Source of the DNA: a candidate division FCPU426 bacterium
Lineage (GTDB): Bacteria > Oederibacteriota > PGYV01 > Palsa-1178
DNA: 64,000 nt
Direction: 5' to 3'
Assembly: GCA_963840035.1 (NCBI GenBank)
Contig: CAWIXE010000002.1
Coordinates: 64,001-128,000, forward strand
In this document: in pieces, positions 1 through 10,638 of the stretch
How the letters are laid out: each line of letters starts with the position of its first letter
How positions within the stretch are numbered: the stretch's first letter is position 1
Position numbers and translations under genes: made by a program
Notes under the pieces: model-generated
The model's database searches: none
Seen by the model: only the letters and a program-made list of their open reading frames with translations
What the model was told of the DNA's origin: nothing

Positions 1-102
1 AAGACAAAAGATGACGTGGATTTTGACGCCATACAGGTTTCGTTAATGAGGGAAATGGCAAGGTTGAAAGCCGTTGAACTGCTTGGAAGGAAAAAAAGAT
101 AA
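1..102 (+). CDS. atpC: C-terminal fragment, probably F1Fo ATP synthase epsilon subunit (5'-truncated by window)
   Basis: Frame 1 reads KTKDDVDFDAIQVSLMREMARLKAVELLGRKKR*, resembling the epsilon C-terminal helical hairpin; followed by a strong terminator, as expected for the last atp gene. Confidence 0.6.
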   Translation, partial: KTKDDVDFDAIQVSLMREMARLKAVELLGRKKR

Positions 103-119
103 GTAATATTTAACATATG

Positions 120-147
120 AGCCCGGGCGAAAGCCCGGGCTTTTTTT
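120..147 (+). terminator. Rho-independent terminator
   Basis: agcccgggc-gaaa-gcccgggct followed by a T run. Confidence 0.9.
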
Positions 148-220
148 ATTTGAAGGGATTGCATATTCTTCTACAAAACCGGGGTTGCATGCTTACCGCG
201 TATTGTCTGTTCTGGCATCT

Positions 221-348
221 GTAGGGGCGATTCACGAATCGCCCAGACCAGGGGTCTAACAACGATAACTGTTTGTTTTTTGCGTATGGATTGCTGATTT
301 GTCAATTCTTGGGCGATTCGTGCGAAGTCCCGTGGAAATCGCCCCTAC
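221..348. repeat. Inverted pair of GTAG-foot REP palindromes (REPIN-like)
   Basis: gtaggggcgattcacgaatcgccc at 221-244; inverted copy at 311-348 with a 14-nt insertion in its loop. Confidence 0.8.
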
Positions 349-448
349 AAGAGCAGGGCGTGATTATAGATACTGCTGATGTTTTTTGATTATGTTTTGG
401 ACGGCATTATGGTAAAATGTTAAAAAGATATTAAGGGGGCAATACAAC

Positions 449-835
449 TTGAAAACAAAATCATTACTAACCCTTGCTGCGTTTTTAATCATGACCTTTA
501 CTTCCGGCTGCGCCACGCTCCCGGGAAGCCATGGCGAAAATGGCGGTTATGTCGAGTCGCTCGGCGGGAAATATAATAAATACATGGACAGCGTAACACC
601 GGAATTCGCGAAGGCAAAACCTCCGGAAGAGCGCAATAACATGTGGATGCTCATAGCGTTTCCGGTTGCCGGCGGCATTATAGGATACTGCGCAAGCCCT
701 TCCCAGGCCCAGTATTTCGGCGACGCGCGGCCGCTGGGTGCCCTGCTGGGTGCGGGTTTGGGAGCGGTAATAGGAATTCTTTTAAGCGGGAACCTGGATC
801 TTTTCTTTAACCGCGGAGTGTCATATGAAAAGTAG
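449..835 (+). CDS. Hypothetical lipoprotein with Gly-rich hydrophobic (glycine-zipper-like) segments
   Basis: TTG start after AAGGGGG; lipobox-like FTSGC; GxxxG-rich hydrophobic segments. Confidence 0.65.
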   Translation: MKTKSLLTLAAFLIMTFTSGCATLPGSHGENGGYVESLGGKYNKYMDSVTPEFAKAKPPEERNNMWMLIAFPVAGGIIGYCASPSQAQYFGDARPLGALLGAGLGAVIGILLSGNLDLFFNRGVSYEK

Positions 836-850
836 TTATATAACAACAGC

Positions 851-911
851 CGGGCGCATGATATGTGCCCGCTACAATACGGCATTTGTAGAGGCAGGAT
901 ATTACCCTGCC
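851..911. repeat. Two degenerate GTAG-foot REP palindromes
   Basis: cgggcgcat-gat-atgtgcccg-ctac (851-875) and gtag-aggcagg...cctgcc (888-911). Confidence 0.55.
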
Positions 912-943
912 GACAACGAGGGCCTGATGATGCTGTTTTACTT

Positions 944-978
944 AATTGAAAATTGAAAATATAGAATTGAAAATATGG
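944..978. repeat. Heptamer tandem array (AATTGAA-type)
   Basis: aattgaa aattgaa aatatag aattgaa aatatgg. Confidence 0.7.
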
Positions 979-1187
979 TTATCCACCGCAACGTTTCTGC
1001 CTTTCAGGCGTTCTACTATTGTGCCCTTTTACACGTTTAACATGTTTGCAACGCTGTTTTGTCATGGAAAAACCTTTAAAATAAGGCTTTATTTAGCGCC
1101 AAACCAACGGAACTTATGGTGGCGGAATTTGTCTAAAATATGCAAGAAAAACGCTGAAAAGACCGATAAATAAAGGTGAAAATATTC

Positions 1188-1216
1188 TTGACAGTGTAAT
1201 TTATAAATGATATATT
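1188..1216 (+). promoter_or_regulatory. sigma70-type promoter
   Basis: TTGACA-17 nt-TATATT, 22 nt upstream of the ATG at 1239. Confidence 0.7.
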
Positions 1217-1238
1217 TTTTACATTAGAGAGGTGCTAT

Positions 1239-2183
1239 ATGAAAGTAAAAACATTAAAATTAACAGTTTTTACAGCGGTGTTACTGTCTGTATTCTGTTT
1301 ATCTTCATTTGCCGACCAGGGTACTACCTCTGCGGTTTTCTTAAAACTTGAGCAGGGTGCCAGGCCTATTTCCATGGGCGGCGCTTTTGTGGGAGCGGCG
1401 GATGACGTTAACGCCATTATGTATAATCCCGCGGGTTTAGCCCAGCTGCCTTCTTTTCAGTTAACCGTAATGCACACTATTTGGTTCGCTTCCATTTTTT
1501 ATGACTATGTCGCGGCAGCTTATCCGGCAGGCGAGATAGGCACATTCGGACTCGGAGTCGTTTATGTAAATTCGGGCGATATAAAAAGCTGGGACGAGAT
1601 TGGCACGGAACTTACCGCTTTCAGGGCAAGCGACTTAGGCATCAACCTTTCATACGGCACTAAAATAAACACCGAGTTATCACTCGGTGTTACCGTAAAA
1701 GTATTTAACGAATCCATCGCCGACGCGGGGGCTTTTGGCTTCGCGGCCGACCTTGGCGGAGTTTACAAGCTTCCGGTTAAGGATCTGCAGGCCGGTGTTT
1801 GCATACAGAACCTCGGGCCGAAGTTTGGTTTCGGAGAAGCGTTTCTTCTTCCCATAACCGTAAAACTCGGATTAAGCTACACCGGAATAAAGAACCTTAT
1901 GTTAAACCTCGATTACATTCAGCCCATAGAGACAAGGGGAATCATAGCGGCGGGCATGGAATACTGGTACAGGGACATTGTTGTCATAAGGCTCGGCTAC
2001 CAGTACCAGGGCGCTATAGACCCCAATGACCTTTACGATTACATCGCGAGCCCGGGCATACTCGCCGGATTTGTGGCGGGCGCGGGTATAAAGATCGATA
2101 TGTACGAAGTTGACTATGCGTACAGGCAGTACGGCGTTCTTGAAAGCACACACAGGATCGGGCTCACAGTAAAGTTTAAATAA
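1239..2183 (+). CDS. PorV/PorQ-family (UPF0164-like) outer-membrane beta-barrel protein
   Basis: Signal peptide; FLKLEQGARPISMGGAF...ADD...YNPAGL motif; C-terminal THRIGLTVKF. Confidence 0.85.
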   Translation: MKVKTLKLTVFTAVLLSVFCLSSFADQGTTSAVFLKLEQGARPISMGGAFVGAADDVNAIMYNPAGLAQLPSFQLTVMHTIWFASIFYDYVAAAYPAGEIGTFGLGVVYVNSGDIKSWDEIGTELTAFRASDLGINLSYGTKINTELSLGVTVKVFNESIADAGAFGFAADLGGVYKLPVKDLQAGVCIQNLGPKFGFGEAFLLPITVKLGLSYTGIKNLMLNLDYIQPIETRGIIAAGMEYWYRDIVVIRLGYQYQGAIDPNDLYDYIASPGILAGFVAGAGIKIDMYEVDYAYRQYGVLESTHRIGLTVKFK

Positions 2184-2581
2184 TGAAATCCTTAAAAGTA
2201 TCCACGTCAAAAAGGACGGAACTGGCCGATATCACGGCCGCGGTCCAAAAGGCCGTGGACGAGGAAGGGATAAGGAACGGAATTATTTTTTTATATGTGC
2301 CTCACACCACCGCGGCGCTAACGGTAAATGAAAACGCCGACCCGTCGGTTAAGAAGGACATCATTAAAAAATTAACCGCAATGATCCCGAAAGATGAAGA
2401 TTACGGGCACTCCGAAGGGAACTCGGATTCTCATATCAAATCCTCTCTTTTTGGAAACGAAATGTTTTTTTTCATAGAAAGCGGCAGGCTTGCGCTCGGC
2501 ACATGGCAGGGAATTTATTTCGCCGAGTTTGACGGGCCCAGGGACAGGCAGATATACATAAAATTCACCAGGGACTTGTAG
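2183..2581 (+). CDS. yjbQ: YjbQ / secondary thiamine-phosphate synthase family
   Basis: PHTTA, NENADP, H-x-EGNSDSHIKS and LGTWQGIYFAEFDGPR motifs. Confidence 0.9.
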   Translation: MKSLKVSTSKRTELADITAAVQKAVDEEGIRNGIIFLYVPHTTAALTVNENADPSVKKDIIKKLTAMIPKDEDYGHSEGNSDSHIKSSLFGNEMFFFIESGRLALGTWQGIYFAEFDGPRDRQIYIKFTRDL

Positions 2582-2617
2582 AAATAAAAGCAAGATAACG
2601 TATACCAGGAGGCAAAG

Positions 2618-3718
<1,101 letters not shown>

Positions 3719-3730
3719 AGGAGGATGTTT

Positions 3731-4742
3731 ATGAAAAAATCACTTTTACTTGTAGCGGTTCTTATCGTGGCGCTGGCGGAGCCTTTCCGCTGCGACTACT
3801 ACCACTGATACTCAGTTTGCCGGCGAGTCCATGTCAATCGGCGTAGGCGCAAGGCCGCTCGGCATGGGAGGCACTTTTGCCGCCATAGCCGACGACGCTT
3901 CCACTTCATACTGGAACGCGGCCGGCATGACAAACATACAGGGCGTCGAAGTGTCATCCGTGAAGCTTACAAAGATCAATGACCTGGATACGAAGTATTC
4001 ATACGTCAACCTTGTATACAACACCGGAGCATACGGAGCCATCGGGCTTGGCTGGTTAAGGCAGGCAATAGACGGCATTAACATTACTGACGCGCTCGGC
4101 GATTCAAAAGGCATCAAGGAAAACGCGGATAACGTAGTGTACATCGCGTACGCTTACCCTATAGTAAAAGGGTTTTCAGCAGGCGGATCAGTAAAGATAC
4201 TTATGGGAAACTACCCGGCATTAACTGACGGCGGAAACCTCGCCACCATAAACTATGGCGGATTTGGAGTGGACCTTGGAGTATTCTTTAAGGTCGGTGA
4301 TTTTGTCCCTGAAATGAAATGGCTGACCCTTGGAGTAAATGTGCAGGACGTATACACGTCGGTTACGTGGGACGCGGTACAGGGTTCAAGCACGATAACG
4401 GGCGGCGCGGAGACAGTCGGCTTAAACATGAAGCCTGGCGTCGCGTTAAGGTTCCCGATTCAGCAGTTTGAACTGATAGCTTCATCGGATATAGACACAA
4501 GGTACTCACAGATGATCATACACGCCGGCGGAGAAATATGGTGGAACAAGATGGTTGCCATACGCGGCGGTATCAAGAGCTGGGGCCCGATTGCAAACGG
4601 AGCGGGCGGAGACACACTTCAGCAGAAACCGGACTGGAGCTTAGGCGCTTCTGTCAGATGGTATTTCATAGGAGTTGACTTCGCGTATGTTTATAACGAA
4701 CTTACGCCTGTCCAGTATCTCTCAATAATCGGAAAGTTCTAA
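3731..4742 (+). pseudogene. Second PorV/PorQ-family barrel; apparent frameshift at ~3779 separates the signal peptide from the body (possible assembly error)
   Basis: GGAGG then ATG 3731 MKKSLLLVAVLIVALA; continues in the +1 frame as SLSAATTTTDTQFAGESMSIGVGARPLGMGG...YWNAAG; ends in GKF. Confidence 0.75.
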
Positions 4743-4830
4743 AAAAAGTATTGATAAAAATGCCGGGGACTGTTCCGGCGGTAAATAGAAAACGCTTTTT
4801 ATAAAAAAGTGGAAAACACATAAAACAGGG

Positions 4831-4862
4831 GATAGGAGAGAGGATTTTCTCTCCTATCTTTT
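4831..4862 (+). terminator. Terminator-like hairpin upstream of the GH94 gene
   Basis: gataggagag-8 nt-ctctcctatc followed by tttt. Confidence 0.55.
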
Positions 4863-4886
4863 GCCATCTAAATAGGAGGTTTTAGA

Positions 4887-7232
4887 ATGCGCTACGGATA
4901 TTTTGATGATAAAAACAGGGAATATGTTATTACTCGCCCGGACACCCCTCTGCCGTGGATTAATTACCTAGGAGTGGATACTTACTGCGGCCTTATGTCA
5001 AACACAGCCGGCGGATACAGCTTTTACAGGGACGCCGCGCACAGAAGGATACTGCGTTACAGGTATAATAACGTGCCGTCCGACAGGCCGGGACGCTATA
5101 TTTATGTCAGGGACAATAAGTCAAAAGATTACTGGTCAGCCACATGGCAGCCGGTAAATAAGGACCTGAAGAAATACAAGTATGAATGCCGTCACGGACT
5201 TTCATACACAAAGATTTCATCAGAGTACGCCGGCATTGCCACCGAGACATCATACTTCGTCCCGGTCGGCGCCTCGCATGAAGTCTGGCGCATCAAGGTT
5301 AAAAACAACACAAAAAAAGCCAGGTCACTCTCGCTTTTCACGTACGTCGAGTTCTGCCTCTGGGACGCGATGAACGATATGACAGATTATCAGTATAATT
5401 TAAATATCGCACAGACCGAGTTTAAAAATAACGCCATGTACCACCTGACACAGTATAACGTGCATAAAAGCAATTTCGCGTATTTCTGGTCGGACACAAA
5501 AGTCGCGAGCTATGACGGAGTAAGGCAGGATTTTGTCGGCCCATACAGGGGCGAGGCAAATCCGATTGCCGTTGAAAATGGAAAATGCTCCAACTCGCTC
5601 GCGGTAGGCTGGGCGCCGTTTGGCGGACTGAACATAAACGTATCGCTTAAGGCAAAGCAGGAAAAGGAAGTTACATTTGTCCTTGGATACGGCGAAGGCC
5701 TTGGCGTGGAAAAAGAAGTAATGGCAAGGTACAAGAAAAAAGGCGCGGTTGACGCGGCTTTAAAAGAGCTTGCCTCCCACTGGGACGAGCAGCTTGACAA
5801 ATACAAATGCGAAACACCTGACCCGGCGCTTAATTCCATGGTTAACATATGGAATCAGTACCAGTGCAAGACCACATTCAACTGGTCACGTTCAGCTTCG
5901 TATTATGAGGCAGGCGGAGAGCGCGGAATGGGATTCAGGGACTCCAACCAGGATACGCTCGGATTCGGCCACATGATACCGGTAAAAGTGCGTTCAAGGC
6001 TCATTGACATAGCTTCCGTGCAGTTCCCGGAAGGCCGCGCGCATCACGGTTATTCACCCCTTACAAAGAAGGGCAAAAATGAAGGCTTCGGCGACGACCA
6101 TCTCTGGCTTGTTCAGGCAGTGCATAATTACTGCAAGGAAACAGGCGATATGAACTTTTTAAATGAGCTCGTTCCGTTCAATGACGGTTCAAAAGCCAAG
6201 ATGTACGAGCACCTGCAGAAAGCCATTCAGTATTCATGGGATAACGTCGGATACCACGGGCTGCCGAAAGCCGGCAACGCCGACTGGAACGACTGCCTTA
6301 ACTTAAGCGGCCCGAAGGGCATGGGAGTATCGGTCATGATCGCGTGCCAGTTTGTAATGGGGGCGAATTATTTGGCTGAGCTCGCTGATAAATCAGGCAG
6401 GGTTCTTGATGTTGAGAAGTATAAAGAAATGGCTGAGGAAATGAAGAAAAGAATAAATGAAAAAGCATGGGACGGCGAGTGGTACATGAGGGCCTTTGAC
6501 GACAACGGCACCCCGGTGGGCACCAACGCCTCAAAAGAAGGCAAGATCTGGCTTGAGTCAAATACATGGGCCATCATGTCGGGCGTAGCTGAAGGCGAGC
6601 GCGCCATGACCACGCTTAACTCCATAAAGAAACACTTATCGACAAAGTACGGCATAGTCCTTTTCCAGCCGGCATTCACGGAATACCACCCGGAACTCGG
6701 GTATGTATCCGTATTCCCGGCGGGCTTAAAGGAAAACGCGGCCATATTCTGCCACACCAACCCGTGGGCGATGTGCTCCGAGGCCATGATGGGCAGGGGA
6801 GAGCAGGCGTTTGAATACTGGAAGACCATAGCGCCGGCGGCAAATAACGACATAGCTGACAAGCACTGGACAGAGCCGTATGTTTATTCCCAGATGATAG
6901 CCGGACGCGACCATAAGGATTTCGGGCAGGCAAAGAACAGCTGGCTGACAGGCACCGCGGCATGGAATTTTGTGGCTGCTTCGCAGTTCATACTCGGCGT
7001 CAGGCCGGATTTTGACGGATTGATCGTAGACCCGTGCATACCCAAAAAGTGGAAAGGTTTCACCGTGAAAAGGGTATGGAGGGGAACCACATATAACATC
7101 ACTGTTAAGAACGCGGCAGGCGTAAATAAAGGCGTAAAAGAAATGAAGGTTGACGGCAAGGTTGTAAAGGGAAACAAAGCGCCGATATTTAAGGATAAGA
7201 ACGAGCACACCGTAGAAGTGGTAATGGGATAA
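4887..7232 (+). CDS. GH94 glycoside phosphorylase, cellobiose-phosphorylase-like
   Basis: MRYGYFDD.NREYVIT, PWINYLG, RYRYNNVP, SRSASY, GMGFRDSNQD, ADWNDCL, KENAAIFCH, WLTGTAAW. Confidence 0.9.
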   Translation: MRYGYFDDKNREYVITRPDTPLPWINYLGVDTYCGLMSNTAGGYSFYRDAAHRRILRYRYNNVPSDRPGRYIYVRDNKSKDYWSATWQPVNKDLKKYKYECRHGLSYTKISSEYAGIATETSYFVPVGASHEVWRIKVKNNTKKARSLSLFTYVEFCLWDAMNDMTDYQYNLNIAQTEFKNNAMYHLTQYNVHKSNFAYFWSDTKVASYDGVRQDFVGPYRGEANPIAVENGKCSNSLAVGWAPFGGLNINVSLKAKQEKEVTFVLGYGEGLGVEKEVMARYKKKGAVDAALKELASHWDEQLDKYKCETPDPALNSMVNIWNQYQCKTTFNWSRSASYYEAGGERGMGFRDSNQDTLGFGHMIPVKVRSRLIDIASVQFPEGRAHHGYSPLTKKGKNEGFGDDHLWLVQAVHNYCKETGDMNFLNELVPFNDGSKAKMYEHLQKAIQYSWDNVGYHGLPKAGNADWNDCLNLSGPKGMGVSVMIACQFVMGANYLAELADKSGRVLDVEKYKEMAEEMKKRINEKAWDGEWYMRAFDDNGTPVGTNASKEGKIWLESNTWAIMSGVAEGERAMTTLNSIKKHLSTKYGIVLFQPAFTEYHPELGYVSVFPAGLKENAAIFCHTNPWAMCSEAMMGRGEQAFEYWKTIAPAANNDIADKHWTEPYVYSQMIAGRDHKDFGQAKNSWLTGTAAWNFVAASQFILGVRPDFDGLIVDPCIPKKWKGFTVKRVWRGTTYNITVKNAAGVNKGVKEMKVDGKVVKGNKAPIFKDKNEHTVEVVMG

Positions 7233-7238
7233 GGACGG

Positions 7239-7276
7239 ATTTTCAATTTTCAATTTTAAATTTTGAATTTTCAATT
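7239..7276. repeat. Heptamer tandem array (ATTTTCA-type)
   Basis: attttca attttca attttaa attttga attttca. Confidence 0.75.
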
Positions 7277-7350
7277 AAATAATAAACACATCAGTAAAAG
7301 CGCCGGCGGCTGAAACGCCGCCGGTGCTATCTTAAATGTGAGGTTAAACT

Positions 7351-8844
7351 TTGGCAAAAGCAGCAAAACAAAAGCCGTTGAAGATTTTGATCGCAGCTTC
7401 TGAAGTAGTTCCGTTTGCCAAGACAGGCGGCCTCGCTGATGTCGCAGGAGCTTTGCCAAAGGCGTTAAGGGCTTTAGGCCACGACGTAAGGGTAATAATG
7501 CCAAAGTACAAAAAAATTGACGATGAGAAATTTAAGATACGCGATACGGGAAAAGAGTTTAAGATTAACATAGCGCTTTTTGACCATATAGGCACGATAA
7601 AAGAAACAGTCATACCGGGCTCGGATGTGCCGGTTTACATGATAGACAACACCGAATTTTTTTACAGGGACGAGATATACCGCACGCCGCAGGGCGAGTA
7701 CTGGGACAACGCGGAAAGGTTCCTCTTCTTTTCAAAAGGCATCCTTGAGGCTTGCAGGGCCCTTGACTGGCAGCCGGACATCATCAACTGCAACGACTGG
7801 CACACAGGACTGGTGCCGGTATTTTTAAAGACCACATACGCGCAGGACCCGTTTTTTAAGGGCACCGCGACGTGTTACTCCATACATAACATAGCCTACC
7901 AGGGATTCTTCAGCAAGGAACTCATGTCACACGCGGGGCTCCCATGGGAAATATTTAACATGCACCAGCTGGAATTCTATGACGGAATCAACTACATGAA
8001 GGGCGGCATAGTTTTCGCTGACGTGGTAAATACGGTATCCAAAAGATACAAGGAAGAAATAGAAACGCCTGAGTACGGCTACAACCTTGAAGGCACCTTA
8101 AGGCACAGGCGCGAGGATTTGCACGGAATATTAAACGGCATAGACTATGAGCACTGGGACCCGATGACTGATAAGGACCTGCCCGCCAATTACGGCGCGG
8201 ATACGGTCGAGAAAAAAGAGGAATCAAAGAAAAAACTTCTTGAAATGGTCGGTCTTAAATATGTGGAAAATGTCCCTGTCATAGGCCTGGTCTCAAGGTT
8301 TGACGACCAGAAGGGCCTCGACATGATATCCAGGATAATGGAAGAGATGATGAGGCTCAATATCCAGTTCGTGGTTTTAGGCACGGGAGAAGAACGCTAC
8401 CACCAGATGTTCCGCCACTGGGCGTCGGTTTTTCCGCAAAAGCTCTCGGCAAACATAATGTTTGACAACAACCTCGCGCACATGATATACGCCGGCTCAG
8501 ACATGTTCCTGATGCCCTCGCACTTCGAACCATGCGGCCTGGGCCAGCTGATATCGCTAAAGTACGGAACGATACCCGTAGTAAGGGAAACAGGCGGCCT
8601 TGCAGACACCGTAAAGTCCTATAATTTTAAGGACAAAAAAGGCAACGGCTTCTCCTACGCCGGCTACTACCCCACAGACCTGTATAACACAATCAGGGTA
8701 GCAGTGGACACCTACAAGAACCAGCCCGTATGGCGCAAAATCCAGCAAAACGGCATGAAAGAAGATTTCTCCTGGATCCACTCAGCCCAGAGGTACGTGG
8801 AACTCTACGACCTGGCCATAGCCAAAAAAAGGAAGGCCGAATAA
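7351..8844 (+). CDS. glgA: Glycogen synthase (GT5)
   Basis: SEVVPFAKTGGLADV, NDWHTGL, PSHFEPCGLGQL, TGGLADTV. Confidence 0.95.
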   Translation: MAKAAKQKPLKILIAASEVVPFAKTGGLADVAGALPKALRALGHDVRVIMPKYKKIDDEKFKIRDTGKEFKINIALFDHIGTIKETVIPGSDVPVYMIDNTEFFYRDEIYRTPQGEYWDNAERFLFFSKGILEACRALDWQPDIINCNDWHTGLVPVFLKTTYAQDPFFKGTATCYSIHNIAYQGFFSKELMSHAGLPWEIFNMHQLEFYDGINYMKGGIVFADVVNTVSKRYKEEIETPEYGYNLEGTLRHRREDLHGILNGIDYEHWDPMTDKDLPANYGADTVEKKEESKKKLLEMVGLKYVENVPVIGLVSRFDDQKGLDMISRIMEEMMRLNIQFVVLGTGEERYHQMFRHWASVFPQKLSANIMFDNNLAHMIYAGSDMFLMPSHFEPCGLGQLISLKYGTIPVVRETGGLADTVKSYNFKDKKGNGFSYAGYYPTDLYNTIRVAVDTYKNQPVWRKIQQNGMKEDFSWIHSAQRYVELYDLAIAKKRKAE

Positions 8845-8851
8845 TAATAAG

Positions 8852-8879
8852 TTGCAAAAAAACCGGAAATCTGTATAAT
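8852..8879 (+). promoter_or_regulatory. Probable promoter of tRNA-Glu
   Basis: TTGCAA-16 nt-TATAAT. Confidence 0.5.
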
Positions 8880-8948
8880 ATCAATTCGATTTGAGTTTTG
8901 AAATATGAGATAAACAATCCCGTTTCAAACTCCAAATAACGTCTTTTA

Positions 8949-8980
8949 TTTGGGATATGTGATTTGGGATATGAGATTAA
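8949..8980. repeat. Heptamer array immediately 5' of tRNA-Glu
   Basis: tttggga tatgtga tttggga tatgaga ttaa. Confidence 0.65.
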
Positions 8981-8985
8981 TAAGC

Positions 8986-9060
8986 GTCCCCATGGTCAAG
9001 AGGTTAAGACACCGCCCTTTCACGGCGGTATCGGGAGTTCGATTCTCCCTGGGGACGCCA
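8986..9060 (+). tRNA. tRNA-Glu(TTC)
   Basis: GTCCCCA/TGGGGAC acceptor stem; ccgcc-CTTTCAC-ggcgg anticodon arm; GTTCGATTC T-loop; encoded CCA. Confidence 0.97.
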
Positions 9061-9099
9061 AAAAAAATAGCCGGCTGAAGCCGGCTATTTTTTTTGGCG
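9056..9099 (+). terminator. Bidirectional terminator hairpin extending into the tRNA 3' end
   Basis: cgcc-A8-tagccggc-tgaa-gccggcta-T8-ggcg perfect inverted repeat. Confidence 0.85.
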
Positions 9100-9331
9100 A
9101 GAAAGGTGAGAGTAGAGAGGAGATAGGAGATAAACCAGGGACAATCGGCACCACTGTCGACTACCACTCAAACCCACCTTTCGGTCACCTATCTACTCTC
9201 TCCTATCTGAACGACTTTTCCTGCACTTCCGTTTTTGAAGTTGTTTCCTGATTTGTTTTATTGTAATATATCCGGAAGGGTAGGAAATAAAAACGATAAA
9301 CGGGGTCACCTTTCACCTATCTACTATCTGA
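9100..9331. repeat. Imperfect purine/pyrimidine periodic inverted repeat upstream of the four-helix-bundle gene
   Basis: gaaaggtgagagtagagaggagataggagata (9101-9132) vs cacctatctactctctcctatct (~9186-9208); related cacctttcacctatctactatct at ~9307-9329. Confidence 0.55.
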
Positions 9332-9371
9332 AAGTATTTGAACTAAGACAACATAGAGGGGGTTATATAGC

Positions 9372-9722
9372 ATGGCATTCCTATTTGAGAATCTGATTGT
9401 GTACCAAAAGGCAGTAGATTTCGCCGAGAAAATCTCCAATCTGACCGACAACTTCCCGAAGGGGACCTACTACCTCGTCGACCAAGTCAATCGCGCCGCA
9501 TTATCCATCCCGCTCAACATAGCCGAAGGCAACGGCAAATTCACAGGCAACGACAAAAAGAACTTCTTCTTCATAGCCCGCGGCTCCACCCATGAATGTG
9601 TGCCTTTGCTTGAGATCTCCAGACGCAAGGGCTTTATATCCGAGTCAGAGTGTGCGAAATTAAGGGCGCAGCTGGAAGAGATTGCGAAAATGATATCAGG
9701 GATGGTGAAAAGATACGAGTGA
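9372..9722 (+). CDS. Four-helix-bundle protein (23S rRNA IVS protein / bAvd-like family)
   Basis: FENLIVYQKA...FPK...Y.LVDQVNRAALSIPLNIAEG...FFFIARGS..E signature. Confidence 0.9.
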   Translation: MAFLFENLIVYQKAVDFAEKISNLTDNFPKGTYYLVDQVNRAALSIPLNIAEGNGKFTGNDKKNFFFIARGSTHECVPLLEISRRKGFISESECAKLRAQLEEIAKMISGMVKRYE

Positions 9723-9801
9723 GGCTTGTGCTAAAAATTGTATTTAATAAATACATAAAAAGGTGATAAAATAATATGTAAGATAATTGTTGGAGGAAAA
9801 A

Positions 9802-10407
9802 ATGAATGAAAACAAACAAATCAAATTTGATTTGAATCAAAACGAAAAGTTGCTGTGGGAAGGTTCACCGCGTTCGGATATGGCTACATTTGGTTTAAAT
9901 GACCTAAAGTTTATCCTTGCCGGTCTTTTTGGGATTACCGTTATTTTGCTGATTATGAGGAACATATATAGCCAGACAGGGTTTGTTAGAATGGATTGGA
10001 TGCTTATTTTATTCGCTGCATTTCTTGCTTTTTATGCGTATCAGATATTATTTATGTTTTTTACTAATATTATAATAAACAAAAAAACCAGATATTTCCT
10101 TACCAATAAAAGGGTTGTTTGCGCAAATTATATTAATCATAAGATAAAATATGAGTATCTGGAAAAAATTGATGCTGTTGATATAGTGATTAGTCCAAAT
10201 GATTATATTTCATTACATTTTGGGAAATTAAATTATTACGATAAGTCTTTTAGAAATACAGGCTTGAGATTCTTTAGCAAATTCTACGGTGAAAAGACCA
10301 TATCGTTTTTTTTAATCAAAAGCAGCATTACAATATTTAAAGTATTAAAGAAAAACAAAATCAAACAGTTTAATTATAATTCGTCTGATTATCGCGGGAT
10401 TTATTGA
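9802..10407 (+). CDS. Hypothetical membrane protein (2 TM plus probable bacterial PH-like domain); AT-rich
   Basis: GGAGG then ATG 9802; LNQNEKLLWEGSP...TM-TM...YFLTNKRV pattern. Confidence 0.7.
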   Translation: MNENKQIKFDLNQNEKLLWEGSPRSDMATFGLNDLKFILAGLFGITVILLIMRNIYSQTGFVRMDWMLILFAAFLAFYAYQILFMFFTNIIINKKTRYFLTNKRVVCANYINHKIKYEYLEKIDAVDIVISPNDYISLHFGKLNYYDKSFRNTGLRFFSKFYGEKTISFFLIKSSITIFKVLKKNKIKQFNYNSSDYRGIY

Positions 10408-10448
10408 AAAAGAACGGACCCTTACATGGGTTATATATGCGCACCCCG

Positions 10449-10638
10449 CAGGCATTGTAAATATTTACAGCCACCGTAGAGAAGGGGTTAACCCCTTCTC
10501 TACGAGGTCTATGACCCATAGAACGTATCCCTTACAAAAACACTCATCAGCCTTGAGGGACTCATATATACCATCCACAGGCATTGTAAATATTTACAAC
10601 CACCGCAGAGAAGGGCTTAACCCCTTCTCTGCGAGGTC
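10449..10638. repeat. Two 61-bp direct repeats, each containing palindromes
   Basis: caggcattgtaaatatttaca.ccaccgYagagaaggg.ttaaccccttctctRcgaggtc at 10449-10509 and 10578-10638. Confidence 0.85.

Noticed and set aside
946..1173. 75-aa ORF
   Set aside because: Starts inside a heptamer array, has no RBS, and lies in a promoter region.
8964..9251. 95-aa ORF in the track
   Set aside because: Overlaps tRNA-Glu, its terminator and repeats; spurious.
9372..9722. Diversity-generating retroelement (Avd-like gene)
   Set aside because: No reverse transcriptase and no TR/VR pair with adenine-specific mismatches seen in the window.
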